A stretch of 62,651 bases of DNA, the filler included, from Dugesia japonica (taxonomy: Eukaryota): NCBI GenBank assembly GCA_001938525.1. It is 5 parts of 5 records of this genome, joined end to end, with 100 filler letters (N's around TTAATTAATTAA, not from the genome) between each part and the next. Parts side by side here need not be neighbours in the genome. Positions count along the whole stretch, not along the records: positions 18,260 to 28,137 come from MQRL01588297.1; positions 28,238 to 43,588 come from MQRL01644701.1; 3 more parts are not named here. One strand, written 5' to 3'. Of the stretch, positions 22,901 to 35,900 are shown in pieces. The notes below the pieces were generated by a model, which saw nothing but the letters and a program-made list of their open reading frames with translations, was not told where the DNA came from and did not search any database. Position 1 is the first letter of the stretch, and each line of letters begins with the position of its first letter. A program made the position numbers and the translations under genes.

Positions 22901-25900
22901 TTTTCATCTAAGAAGTTGAATGCGGTTTCGTGGTCGTTGTTGTTCCAACGAATCNNNNNNNNNNNNNNNNNNNNNNNNNNNNNNNNNNNNNNNNNNNNNN
23001 NNNNNNNNNNNNNNNNNNNNNNNNNNNNNNNNNNNNNNNNNNNNNNNNNNNNNNACTGTTTCTTCAATATAGCATCCATCTTCTTAATCAATCTGTTACG
23101 CTGGGTCAAGTGCTTTAAAAGAGCCCTTTCGTTTAGCCTCTTACAGTGACGTTCAACTAGCAATTTTTGTATCAATTTATGGCACCTACGGAGGCTGGTA
23201 GTGAGGCGAATTCGTGGTACTGAAACAAATTAACATTAGAGAAAATGATTTGTTTATTAATAAGGTTGGATTTAAAAGGGAAATTCTTATTACATAACCA
23301 GAACGCTAAATGAATAGAATACAAGTCAATTCACAACAAAAAGGTTTTTATTCACAATTTAAAACATACATGAGGTTANNNNNNNNNNNNNNNNNNNNNN
23401 NNNNNNNNNNNNNNNNNNNNNNNNNNNNNNNNNNNNNNNNNNNNNNNNNNNNNNGTGACCAGTTTATTTTCTCGGTCATGGAGGGACCAGATAATTTCCG
23501 TAAAAGACTCAATTTGAGCTTTCCACAATCTCTCTTGCGCGTGAGAGGCTTCGGTCTCTTTCCGAAATGCAGCACACTTTGCTTTATATCTCTTTATTTT
23601 TACGGCGGCATTGGCTACATCGTCCTCCCATCTGCGTTTGGCAAGGTGGTAGAGATCCTAGGTCATTTCCTGGTCCTCACTGGTTTCGCGTACTTTCTTA
23701 GTCGGAGCCGTGGGTCGGTTTATAGACGAACGCACTGTAAATAATATCATTAACAACACCTGAACTTTAATGACTTAAAAAGCATGACAATTATACAGAA
23801 CTATTATTATTATAATTAATATAAATACGGAAGACATTACAAAATAAAACGTAAAAGCAACACAGTTACACTAGAGTAGTGTTCACTATTAGAGAGGTAG
23901 AAAATCATCAGGATGCAGATTCATTGTTACCGTTAACGTTAGAATTCTCGAAGTTACCGCCTTCCTCTTCGTTACGGATGTTCCAAAGATTGTTATGTAA
24001 GAAGGCTGTTAGGTTCCACAGTTGGGAAATATGTGTGACCATGACACCTACAACTGAAGGGCCTTCATGGAATTGCCGAGTAATGCTCGTTTCTCCACCT
24101 GCACTTTTCTGGGTGGATGAGGTTGAATGATATACGGCGCGCTTACAGTCGGGGCCGTTCCAGGTATGATAAGCCTGTTGCTCACTTGCGTCATATTCTC
24201 TCTCTTCCTCCTCAGTTTCGGCTGACACGTTTGCTCGGTCCACCAAGACTCCGGCGTTTCGATTATAAGGGTTTTTGTANNNNNNNNNNNNNNNNNNNNN
24301 NNNNNNNNNNNNNNNNNNNNNNNNNNNNNNNNNNNNNNNNNNTAATAAGGATAAAATTTAAAATTAACAAAATAAACCTAAAAGTAACTGACAGAGATTT
24401 CAAATGTAGGAGGGCATTAAAATAATTGAATCACTATTTATATTGTTAAACTAAAATAGAACAAGAATAAACATTTAATAACCAAAACTTGTCACTGCAG
24501 GTTTATTTGTTGAAGGTTACAAAAATAAGTTATCAGAAATTATTCCTCGTCGTCTAAATCGACTTGGTGCTCCAAGGGGTACATCTCGGCGAAACATTGT
24601 AAGTCGGGATGCTTGACTTCACTGCGAGAAAAAATGAAATCTAAATATTGTTTCAGTCGAGCGATCTGGCGCTGTTTTCGTATGAGGCGAAGTGTCTTTC
24701 GTAGCTCTGCTGGCATGATCTATACATGATAAGGATTATGATTATTTTTCCAACCCTTGTAGGGGTTCTCCTGGTAGTGATAGGATTTTTTCCTGCAAAA
24801 TTCTATTGCTCCTTATTATTTTCTTTTCAGATTTTCTTACGTAAACTCTCTGTGATTCTTGTGAATTCTTTTAAAGACTACTTTTAAACACTTTTCAGCT
24901 ATTTCAGCTACTTGGTTCATAAATTTTCTCATTTATATTTGTTTATAAATTTCTTCCGAATCCTACCTAAATCCATCTTTATCGTCAAACGTAACGAAAG
25001 GATTAATATATCAATTATTTTTGATTTAATGTTTGATAAAAATAGAATAGATAAGTCAAAATATTCAGTGAATTATTTGTTTTCAAATTTCAACAATAAA
25101 ATAAATTATTTATGAAAATTTAAAAAAAACAAAAAACTAAAAATAATTTATAAAAATATTTAGCCATCTACATTGATTGAATTTTTTTTGCATATTAATT
25201 TATATTAACATTAGATTGATTTGAAATTACTTAATTTGTAAACAATATCAAATTATCTAATAAACAAATGTTTAGGGCCACTTCAAACTGTCCATTTTAA
25301 AAAAAATGGCGAAAAAGTAAAATTAATTCCGTCAAAATTAATTGCAGCAAATGAATATTTTGTTAAATGGTGTTCTTTTATTTTTATGAAAAAGTTGCCA
25401 ATGTTTTTTGAGTTTTAAAAAAATAAAAGTTTACTTTAATTTTACAAAATAAATAAAAGTTTTTTCTTATCATTAATTCAATTAAATAACATCCACCCTC
25501 AGTTCATCAACAATGTTGTGCATTTGCTTTATAAAAATTCTGCTTACAGTTGTTTTTTAATTTTCTGGGGTGTAATTTTTGTGTTGTCTATTTCCTGTAG
25601 GAACCCGGTAAGAATGAATGTCTAGGGCATCACTATAGGTTAATCGTGCCTGTCTGTGAATCGTTTTTGGTTTTTATCTGTATTTATTCTTTTAATTATT
25701 TTTGTATCTAGAAATTTAAATAAATACAACAATCAAGTTTCTCAATTATTACTTTTTATTTTTCAAAATTACAACTTAATTTTATTTTATTTTTATTAAC
25801 TAATAATCTTAATTTAATTTTACGCCATTTTAAGATCCATAGTTGTTTTAATAAGGCAGTACGGAAAGTTCTTTGCGTTATTTACTATGAAATATAAAGT

Positions 25901-27471
25901 AATTTTTTATTATAAAACACATTGCCCATTATTATCAAAAATTTTTGGCCATCACTCAGTCAATTTTAAGATTCTCTTTTTAAAAAATTTCTGATTTTTT
26001 TCACCAAAACATGCTTCTGGGTACGTTTTGATACTATATATCTGAGGTAAAAGTTTTCCTAGAAATTTTTTTTGCAGAGATTGAAACAGTTAGTAGTCTG
26101 GTTGTACCATATCAGGACTATTTGGTAAGTGTGGCAACAAATTTCTACGGANTTCTAGTATGTGCGGTTTNNCGTTGTCGTGATGGAAAACAACTCTTCC
26201 TGGATTTAGTATAGGACGAAATCAATTCAAAATAAACTTACCTACATCATCAGTGTTTAGTATTGCTATAGCTCCTATTACGAAAATAATTATATTTCAT
26301 TTTTATTATATTTCTAAATTGTATTTCCTTTCAACAACTACCTTAATATAATATATATTTTGTTTTATGTTCAAATGGCTTTACTTAACTTTACGTTCAT
26401 AAATTAACATATGATATATATTTTCTACAAAAAAACATCACCAATTAATCATTTACAAAGGACATCTGCATATGAACAGTTATGAGGTTTAATTACCTTC
26501 AATAGTTTAAGATCTCATCAAACCTACATCCTGTCAATGAATTTGCACAAGCATTAATTAAGTATTTCCGCTTGTTAACAACGTGGTTTCCAAACTTTTA
26601 TGGTGCACGGCGTCTCAAAATTATTACACGCCTCTCCAAATTAAAATATTGGTCCTTTATTATTCAAGTTTTTAATTTATGAATTAACTATATCTTATTA
26701 TTACTGGTATATTATTCAAAAATTATATAGTTTATAGTTTGTTGCCACAAGATATTGCAAACCTTAGTCAATAGACCTTTATTCGTAATTTGAATATGCT
26801 ACTTAATCTGGGAACCATTGTATTAACCATTCATCTTTTATTTATCAAATTTAATTTTCAAAATGCAAATATCAAATTATTTTCTCTATTTTTCTAGATT
26901 TTTAAAAAGTTCGCAAATAAAATAAAAAATATGGCAAGAGAAAAAATATTACTTTTTAGAAATTTTTAGGCATGGTAGCAATTTAAAATCCAAATACGGT
27001 TAAATTTTTTTGGTAATCACTGAGCTGCCGAAAATGTATGATTAGAATTTGAAAGTCGATCGTTATCTGGAATCAACAGTATTTCAATTTTGAAATTTAA
27101 TATTTCCTTGAAAAATGCAGTATTAATTGCTTTCAATACTTTTGAATTATGCTTTCATTTTACTATAAACACCAGAGAATGGATTTGNNNNNNNNNNNNN
27201 NNNNNNNNNNNNNNNNNNNNNNNNNNNNNNNNNNNNNNNNNNNNNNNNNNNNNNNNNNNNNNAGTGCTTCTACTGGTCTTGATATAGAAATGGCAGAAGA
27301 CTTACAAGTTGTCAATTATGGAATTGGAGGTCATTATTCACCACATTTTGATCATGGAAACGTAAAATAAATATTGATGGAAAAATTTATATTTAATTTA
27401 AAATTTAGAAACGACCTCAAGATGCATTTGAAATTGAACGCGGCAATCGAATTGCAACTTTGCTTTTTTAT
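19960..27471 (+). CDS. P4HA: Prolyl 4-hydroxylase subunit alpha, partial. Exons 19960-20794, 20842-21083, 21130-21200, [gap]27263-27361, 27409-27471; last exons absent.
   Basis: Signal peptide + ELFTALADL, NPINSYL, ALIRLQETY, LSADDCY, YAALCRG, RATVRNPATGILEFANYRISK, AEDLQVVNYGIGGHYSPHFD (Fe-binding HxD), GNRIATLLFY. GT-AG introns of 46-47 nt keep the frame. Confidence 0.95.
22391..25002. mobile_element. piggyBac-like TIR element with TTAA target duplication, in P4HA intron 3
   Basis: TTAA|TCCTTTCGTTA ... TAACGAAAGGA|TTAA: a perfect 11-bp TIR with TTAA on both sides. No transposase recognised. Confidence 0.6.
22627..22795 (-). repeat. LTR segment homologous to the giant element's LTR (probable solo LTR; may extend to about 24.7 kb)
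   Basis: Starts TGTTGG and is colinear with 17921-18102. No PBS is adjacent. Confidence 0.8.
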
Positions 27472-27498
27472 GTAAGGCCTTTTTAAAAATTTTAAATA

Positions 27499-27689
27499 CA
27501 GTTAAACCCTTAAAATTTGCTAATGTTGGTTTTCCGAATAGTTTTAGCAAATTTTAGTGATAATATATATTTGTAAAATACACAAATAATATAAAANNNN
27601 NAAACAACTTTATTGATGTGTAAAACTTTATTGATATTTTTAAAACATTTAACAATTTAAAGATTTATTAAATTGTACAGGTTTTACTG
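27499..27689. mobile_element. Tc1/pogo-type MITE
   Basis: TA|CAGTTAAACCC ... AGGTTTTACTG|TA: imperfect TIRs with TA duplication. Confidence 0.5.
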
Positions 27690-29942
27690 TATAAATTTTT
27701 GACTGATGATTAACATTAAATTAATTAATTCAATTAAAATTTATTTTATTTTAAAATTCAAAAATTGGAATTAAATTTTTTAAAGATATACTATTTAATT
27801 TTTGCTTCTTTATATAAATTTAGTATCTAGGAACTTTAAAATTTCTTGAAATTTATAAATAGTCACATTGAATTTGCAAAACATATTTTGTACAGTTACG
27901 TTACTTTCAAAATCTGACTTTATTAAATTACAATATTTATTATAAATAAAAATTACAACAATATAATAACAGTTAAATAAAGGTTAATCATTGTAACTCT
28001 CCCATTCTTCTAAATACTTTCCACTTCTTTAACCATTCTATTCTTCTTTGAGAACATTTTATTTCTACTTGTCGATCTAATATGGTCCATGTTATTGGAA
28101 ATCATTCTTCTTTATTTTGCGTAGTTCTTCACGAAGTNNNNNNNNNNNNNNNNNNNNNNNNNNNNNNNNNNNNNNNNNNNNTTAATTAATTAANNNNNNN
28201 NNNNNNNNNNNNNNNNNNNNNNNNNNNNNNNNNNNNNTATTCATTTTCTTTTTAAATTTTAATTTATTTCCTTCACTGTTTTTCATATTTCACAAAAGGC
28301 TGTTTCAGCCCAACATAAGCTTCCTTATATAACCTTAGTATAGTTATTAAAGATAATTAATATCACTATAAATAAACTATATAATCAACTATTTAATATA
28401 AGGCAAAATTTATTTTTAAAATATTTATTAATGTATTCAAAATTATTAAAATAAGGGAATGCACATGTTTATTTGGATCGCTTAGGCGTTTACTCAAGTA
28501 AGTATTAGACTTGAATGGAAAATTAGAAATGTAAGAATAAATTAATAGGTTGATTAAATTGACTGGTGGGTTTGATGCTGGATTTTTTAAAAGATTGAAC
28601 TTGACTGAAATGGTTGCTGTGTGGTGATGTTTATATGTATGTGTGTACGTTTATTTTCATGTATTATTGTGCTTATTTTATTACAATTGTCTTTCCCCAA
28701 CGATAATCTTGTTCATAGAAATCAATTTATAACGATAATGTATTGTAAATCATATTTGGATTATCGATTCTTTATCATTAAACTCACGCAACTATTGATT
28801 TGTTTTAGTAACAATGTCTAAAGCATCTCAACATAAAATTGATAGAAAGAAATGTTAGATGCAGATTTCACGTAAAATTATTGAAGAACTCGAAAATGAC
28901 GAGAAATAAACAGCGAAATTTGAAGCGAGTTTTTAGATATTTAAATAACATTAAAAAAACTTTTAAAAAAACGTAATTCGAAAAAGCGAAACAAGATTTG
29001 AAATTCGGTTGAGTTTAATTTTGACTTCAAGTCAATATTTAACTCCTTAGACGTAAAAAGGTTAGAAATGATTATTGTTATTTGATTCTAAATTATTTAT
29101 ATTTTGTGTATTGATCGAATACAATTTAATATAGTTGGATTTCAATTGATTCCAGCATCTTACAGCAAAATAAAGTTACAGTCATACAAGAGATTTTCAT
29201 ATACCTTTAGAACTATTATTCCACTGTAAATAAATATTTGATTTAAATATAAAATTAGATAATTGAAATTGTATAAAAATTATTCCATTGATGTAAATTC
29301 TAATTAACCATATTATCACAAGATATTCTTTTTATGTGATATTTTTAGCAATAACCATTATAATAATATGAAGCAGCAAACCTCTTCTAAATATGTGTAA
29401 GTTAAAATGAATTTTGTTGCATAATATTAAATATAAATATTTAACAAAATTTTAAAGTGAACCTTCTAAATTTTTTGCAAAATATTCTGATTTTACCATC
29501 TAAGACAAGGTTTATATTATATTAATAAATTTATATTAATTATTTACTTAATTTATTTTAGTTATTTCTACGAAGCCAATATTAATAAATTAATTTTATA
29601 GTTTTATTAAAAAAAAGATTTATGTATTTCTCAATATAACTTTTCAACTAGAAATACATTTGCATCAATCTTTACTATATTAAAAAAATTTGTTTAATTA
29701 AATAAAGCAAAATAAAAATAGTTTGCTTTTGGACCGTTTATTTAAATTAAACTAATTTGCTGCAAATAATATTTTTCAAATTTTGATTTGAATTATAACA
29801 TTTGAATTAATTTTATCGTAAATATCAGATTAGTTTAATTATACTACCATTAATTATTAATTTTCATTAAATTAAAATTAAGTTGTAATAAATTAAATTT
29901 TTTTCATTTTATTAATTACTTTATTTTTTTAGCTATTTCGAA

Positions 29943-32900
29943 ATGCCTCAAGCGCTCACATTTTACGAAGCCGATATTATTAAATTAATTTTAGAGTTTT
30001 TAGAAAGAAAAGATTTATGTATATCTATGCTTTCGCTTGAACGAGAAACCGGCAATGTTAATGGTGTATATAGTGAAGATATGCTATTTTTTCGCCAAGT
30101 TGTTCTAGAAGGACATGTAACTTATTTTACTTTAGTAAATAATGAAATACATCTTAAGTGGGATGATGCATTAGAATATTTGGAACCATTAGATTCAGCA
30201 AATCTGGCAATAGATCTAACACCCATTCGTTATTTATTATTAAAGCACAAGTATTTGGAGTTATTGTGCATTAAATCCGAAGGAATTAATTTTGGGCCTT
30301 CTGAATCTGGATTTTCTGTTGATGAAGTTAATCCTTACTCTAAATAATGAAATTACAATGATAAATATAGGTAACAACGTGCTTAAAACAATTAGAAGTA
30401 CTTTGCCCAACACCTGAAGATTACAAAGAATTATGTTATCTATTGAGCTTGCCAAGTTTGTCTCATCATATGGAATATCAGAATTGGAATCCAAGTATAA
30501 GCCGAGTTCATTGTTTCAACAAAGTATTTTTTACTTATATTTGCATGTAAACTATTGCTTTTATCAAAATTGCAAATATTTGTGTTAGATAAAAAATTCA
30601 CCATTTTAAGTATTATAAAACACTGTTTTTCAATAAAATTAATAATCATCGATCAACGAACATCATAACCACTAAAATGTTCAAATTAAAAACAACAAAT
30701 AATGANNNNNNNNNNNNNNNNNNNNNNNNNNNNNNNNNNNNNNNNNNNNNNNNNNNNNNNNNNNNNNNNNNNNNNNNNNNNNNNNNNNNNNNNNNNNNNN
30801 NNNNNNNNNNNNNNNNNNNNNNNNNNNNNNNNNNNNNNNNNNNNNNNNNNNNNNNNNNNNNNNNNNNNNNNNNNNNNNNNNNNTTATTGTCGAGTGTTAT
30901 CAGTATTGGCCGTTTCGCTACATCATTATGATCCCATCAAATCCAGAGCATATTTTTTTTGCCGAAGCAATTTGACGTTGCAGTCAGCATTGATGGTTGA
31001 CCTGAAGAAATTCATGAATTTTGTGCATTTTGTATTCTCAATATAAATATTTTTTTCATTTTTTGTCACAGTTCGATGCAAAAAGGACTTTCTTTTGTTC
31101 AACATTTCATTTGGTTTTCTGAATATTTTTCATTCAGTTTATGTGGCATCCATTTTCTTCATCCAATAATGCTTGTAATTGTTGGTCATATTTTTTTGGT
31201 TTGACTCTGCCAGTCTTTGTTTGTCATTTGAAAAACTTCATTTTTAAAGCGTTTAAATCATCATCTTGAGAAGCATGTTGGCTTCTCTAAGGATAAGGTA
31301 AATAGTGTTAAACTATTAGGTATCTAACATTTTAGGTATCCGGAATCCGGGTTTTGATGATAAGAAATCTTAACTGAACTGTGGCAATTCGGGAAGCCAT
31401 ACTTGGTACATTCAAATCATCACGCAGCATGGAGCATGGCAGTTTTGACACCTAACAAAATAGAGCTGATGAAAAATTGTTATTTGTTTTAAATAAATAT
31501 TTACCTATTTCTGGCATGATTAATCAAGAGTAGATAAGTTTATAGTCACTCCAAAATGTTTGAGAAATAGAAAAATATTAGAACGTTAAGGGGATAGGTG
31601 TACACGAGGCTACTTATGCATGAAATTTGATTTATTACACAATCAATGCACACATAACAAGCGTGTCATATGACATATTGTGTAATAATTTTCATAGCAT
31701 TTAGTATTACATAAAACAAACACAACTACTATACTACATAATAATTATTATAATTAATCTTATTTTATTATTATTTACAATTTTCTTTGCCAGTTATCTA
31801 ATATATATTACCTATTAATTATTTTTAACACCACAAATGCATATTTCTTATTATTATCATTATGAAAAAATTTGTTATTTTTTATTTATAGATTATGTAT
31901 ATGTTAATAATAAGTTAAGGAATATTTATTGTAGTTTTTAACAAGTATAATGACTTTTTAGACAATGACTGTTTATTGCAGTGTTTCTCCAAAAAAAAAA
32001 CGCACTGTGGCTCAGGAAACTGTAATTAATCTGTAACGCGGACCACCGGTTCAGAAACAGTACTCTATAGTAGTGTTTCTCAACCGAAAACGAACCGCTG
32101 ACCAGTAAAATGGTGGTTGTACCTAGTGGATTTATTCTAAATTTAGCTACAAATATGTTATTTGCGAAAAATAATTTTACGTGCATTGCTGGGTAGAAAG
32201 ATGCGGGAAGGGAACCTCCTCCCCAGGCAAAGATATACTTTAGAATTTGACAATTCAAAAAACCATTTAGTATTAGAATTTACAATTTAGTAAGGATTTT
32301 TTGGTAAATAAAATTTGTTTAGCAACAGATACGTAAGGTTCTGATTATGCTATTAAAAGCATTAATTTTATTTGTAAAAAAGTACACAAAATATAAAAAA
32401 TTATTTTCATAAAATCCAAATACTAAAACACAATAATATTTAAATAATTAAATGCAACAGCTTCTTTAGTTATACTTTTTGTTAACAGAAGTGTAATAAT
32501 TAAATTATTTCGCGGACCACTAAACTATTTCTACGAACCACCGGTTGAGAAACACTGGTTTAGAACAAAATAATGAATTTACAACAAAATAATGAATAAT
32601 TAAAATGAATAGTATTATTATCATTATAAGTAAAAACTTTAAAATTACGCTATAAAACTTAATTGCATTATACAATTTCATTATAAAAGATCACATTTAT
32701 TCTATAATTTTAGGGTTTTATTTATAATAGCAAGTTTAAATTAGATTATTAATGAATTCATCATTTTCTGCAATTTTTTATGCGATTCTGTAAATTCTGA
32801 TTTCTATTCTATTTGTAGAATCGCAGAAAATTAATATCTTTAATCATAGTTTATCCAAGAAAATAAAATTTTAGAAACCCATAATGTAGGGCTTTGGAAA

Positions 32901-35900
32901 TGTGTCTGCAGCACGAAAATCTAAAATATGGGAGCACTTTTTGTTTAGAAAAAGTTATGATAGGCAAAATGCTAAATATGTAGTTCTTTTTTGAAGGCTT
33001 ATGGCTCCAGTAACAAAATTTTTATCAATCATTTAAAGAATCGGCATCAAATAGTAACTGGATCTTGCCAAGAAACTGACAACAATCAATCTGTGTCAAT
33101 ACTGAACAAAATTGATGCTTTTTTAAGAAATCGAATGAAACTGCAGAAGTTGTTGCAAGTTTAGTCGCAGTAGATGGCTTTTCTTTTAATTAGATTGCAA
33201 AAAGTTTCTTGTTGCACAACGCTTTCAAATCAGATGGATTCACTCTGACTGACAGTCCAACTCAAGTTCATACTCTTTTTATGAAACACTTGGAAGTGGC
33301 TATCAATAATCTTTGTCAAACAAATTATGAACTCTCATTCTATCAAAACGGGTTTTGTCTTTTACTTCGAAAAAGACTTACACATCCCTCTAAGTAATAC
33401 ATCGACCAAAACTTTTGAGTATATCATTCAAATAAAAGCTTCGATCAAATTATTTTTGTTTTTGATATTATTTCGTATTTTCGACTTTGTCTTCAGGAAT
33501 TGACTTTTTATCATAAATTCCCGAAGACTAAGTCGAAAATGCGAAATAATATCAAAAACAAAAATAATTTGATCGAAGCTGTTATTTTAATGAAATCTCA
33601 TAAACGATCAATGGTTACGTCCAACAATTATTGTCACAATGATTGTAATTATATATACTTACTCCATCACATAAAAAGTGGAATTTTAAAGAAATTAAAA
33701 AACCAAGAAATTGTTATTTTACAAATATATTCAAACAAATGTCAATTAGAAATAAATGAATTTATCTAAATTAAAATTAAATTTATTAAATTCACTTTTT
33801 TATGGTAGGTATATGTATATATACAATAATTCCTTGATTTGGGGAACTTATTTTAAAAAAATTCTCCGAAAATCGAGGAATGATATGCAAAGATACAAAA
33901 AAAGTAAATGAAATTTTAATTTTTAATTATATAATCCATGATCTAATTACCAAAATGTATTTTTCTTTAGCTCCTTCAATATTTATTTTAAAGTCATAAA
34001 AATCATCAATTGTAAATTTGATAAGTTCTCCATTATTTTTAATATCTTCAGTATTATTTCCTTCATAAAATATGTTGTCCTTGTATCTTTATTATCAATT
34101 TGAGTCATTTCATAATCAATTGAATTGTCGAAATTTTCGTCTTTCATTTATAAGTTCGTAAAATTTTCGTAATGTAAAATATTCATATTAAAATTTACTT
34201 ATTTTATGTTGTTTTCAATGTTAAAATCGGTAGCTACTAAATAAAGTGGTCATTATATTTTAATCATTTTAATATGGGCAAAAAATATTTTTAAAATAAT
34301 ATATTTGTTTTAGAAAAAATGTTGAAAAGGATGTTAATTATAAATTTGTTTAATAAAATATATATTAATAAAAATAATATTAGTCGGAATAAGTTATTTT
34401 TTTTACAATAATAAATACAAATTCAAATTTTCTACAAATCAAAATTTCCCCGAAAAGTAAGGATGTACTGTAATATCATATATGTAATTACGGCTTTTGA
34501 AAATAATCCGCACGATTAACGGGTATATGTAATACTTAAATATGATAGTGTTTTGATTAAATACCAATCAAATCATATTAACAATGTTTGAAATTTTTTC
34601 ATTTGTTGATCTATAAATATTCATTTAATTGATACATTTACAAATATTTAATTCATTTAATTGTTTTAGGTGTATCCTCTTCTAGAACCATATTTAAGCA
34701 CCCCTCAATATAAAGCCTTGTCAACATGTGAAGTCGCTACAGAGGATCGCTTAGTACAATTGTTGATAAAAGGCTTATTCTATGAAGGATGTGTAGAATT
34801 TTGCAAAACTCGTGCATGTTCACCTAATACAAAAATAAAATTCCCCCCAATGTTAGATAGTAAGATAATAACATCTAATTTAAACTGCCTTTGAAAGTAA
34901 TAATAATTAGATGTTGAATTGACTGATGTTGATCTATCACTTATGTGGTGGCTTCAATCACTCGACAGTAATGAATTTACCAAACCTTTTACTCAACATG
35001 AACTGAAGCTAGATCCTCGGCCACTAAACCGGCCAGGATTAAAATCATCGTGGGCTGAACACATTCTTCTTGAACCATCTGTTCAGCCTTTAGTGTTTCC
35101 TTATAGCCATATTAATAGGCGACCACAATCAGCTAAAGCAACTGCCTATCTTATGTCAAAATCAATGGCCCCTAATTTAGACGGACTGGCATCAGGCTTA
35201 GGTGTTTTGAATAGAGACGATTCCTATTTTAAACGAGGGAAAGTGAGGAAATTATTCATTTTTGCGATTATTATCTTTTTTACCCTAATTTCTTAGAAAA
35301 TCATGGCTCAATCGATAGCTGGGTTTAATTTGAATTCAATATATGCATCTGATAATAAAGCTCGTTCGAATATCAATACAAATATTTTCACTTCTAATGA
35401 TTATGGTAAAGTAGGAAAACCTATAAGAAAATCAATTGATCATTTATTTGAAGGTATGTATTAGTTATATTTTATAAATTTATGCTTGATTTTAATCACA
35501 CAATTACGTAAATAATTAATTNATTTTTTGTAGTTCTTCAAATAAATCCAATATAATATAAATAAAACAAATTTTATAATATCATACATTTTTATAATGG
35601 GGAACTTATTTTAAAAAAATTCCCCGAAAATCGAGGAATAATATGCAATGATACAAAAAAAGTAAATGAAATTTTAATTTTTAATTAAATAATCCATGAT
35701 CTATACGTACTTTTCGTATTTTAGAACATTTTGCATTCTATGTGAGATTTACAAATTTAATAATAATCAATGGAATTAAAAAAATCAAAATAACGCGATC
35801 AAAACCGCACTCGACATAATCGCACATCAATAACAGCACAGAGTAATAACCGCACAATTACAATTAATAAATGTAATCTAAAAATAATCTAAAAAGAAAA

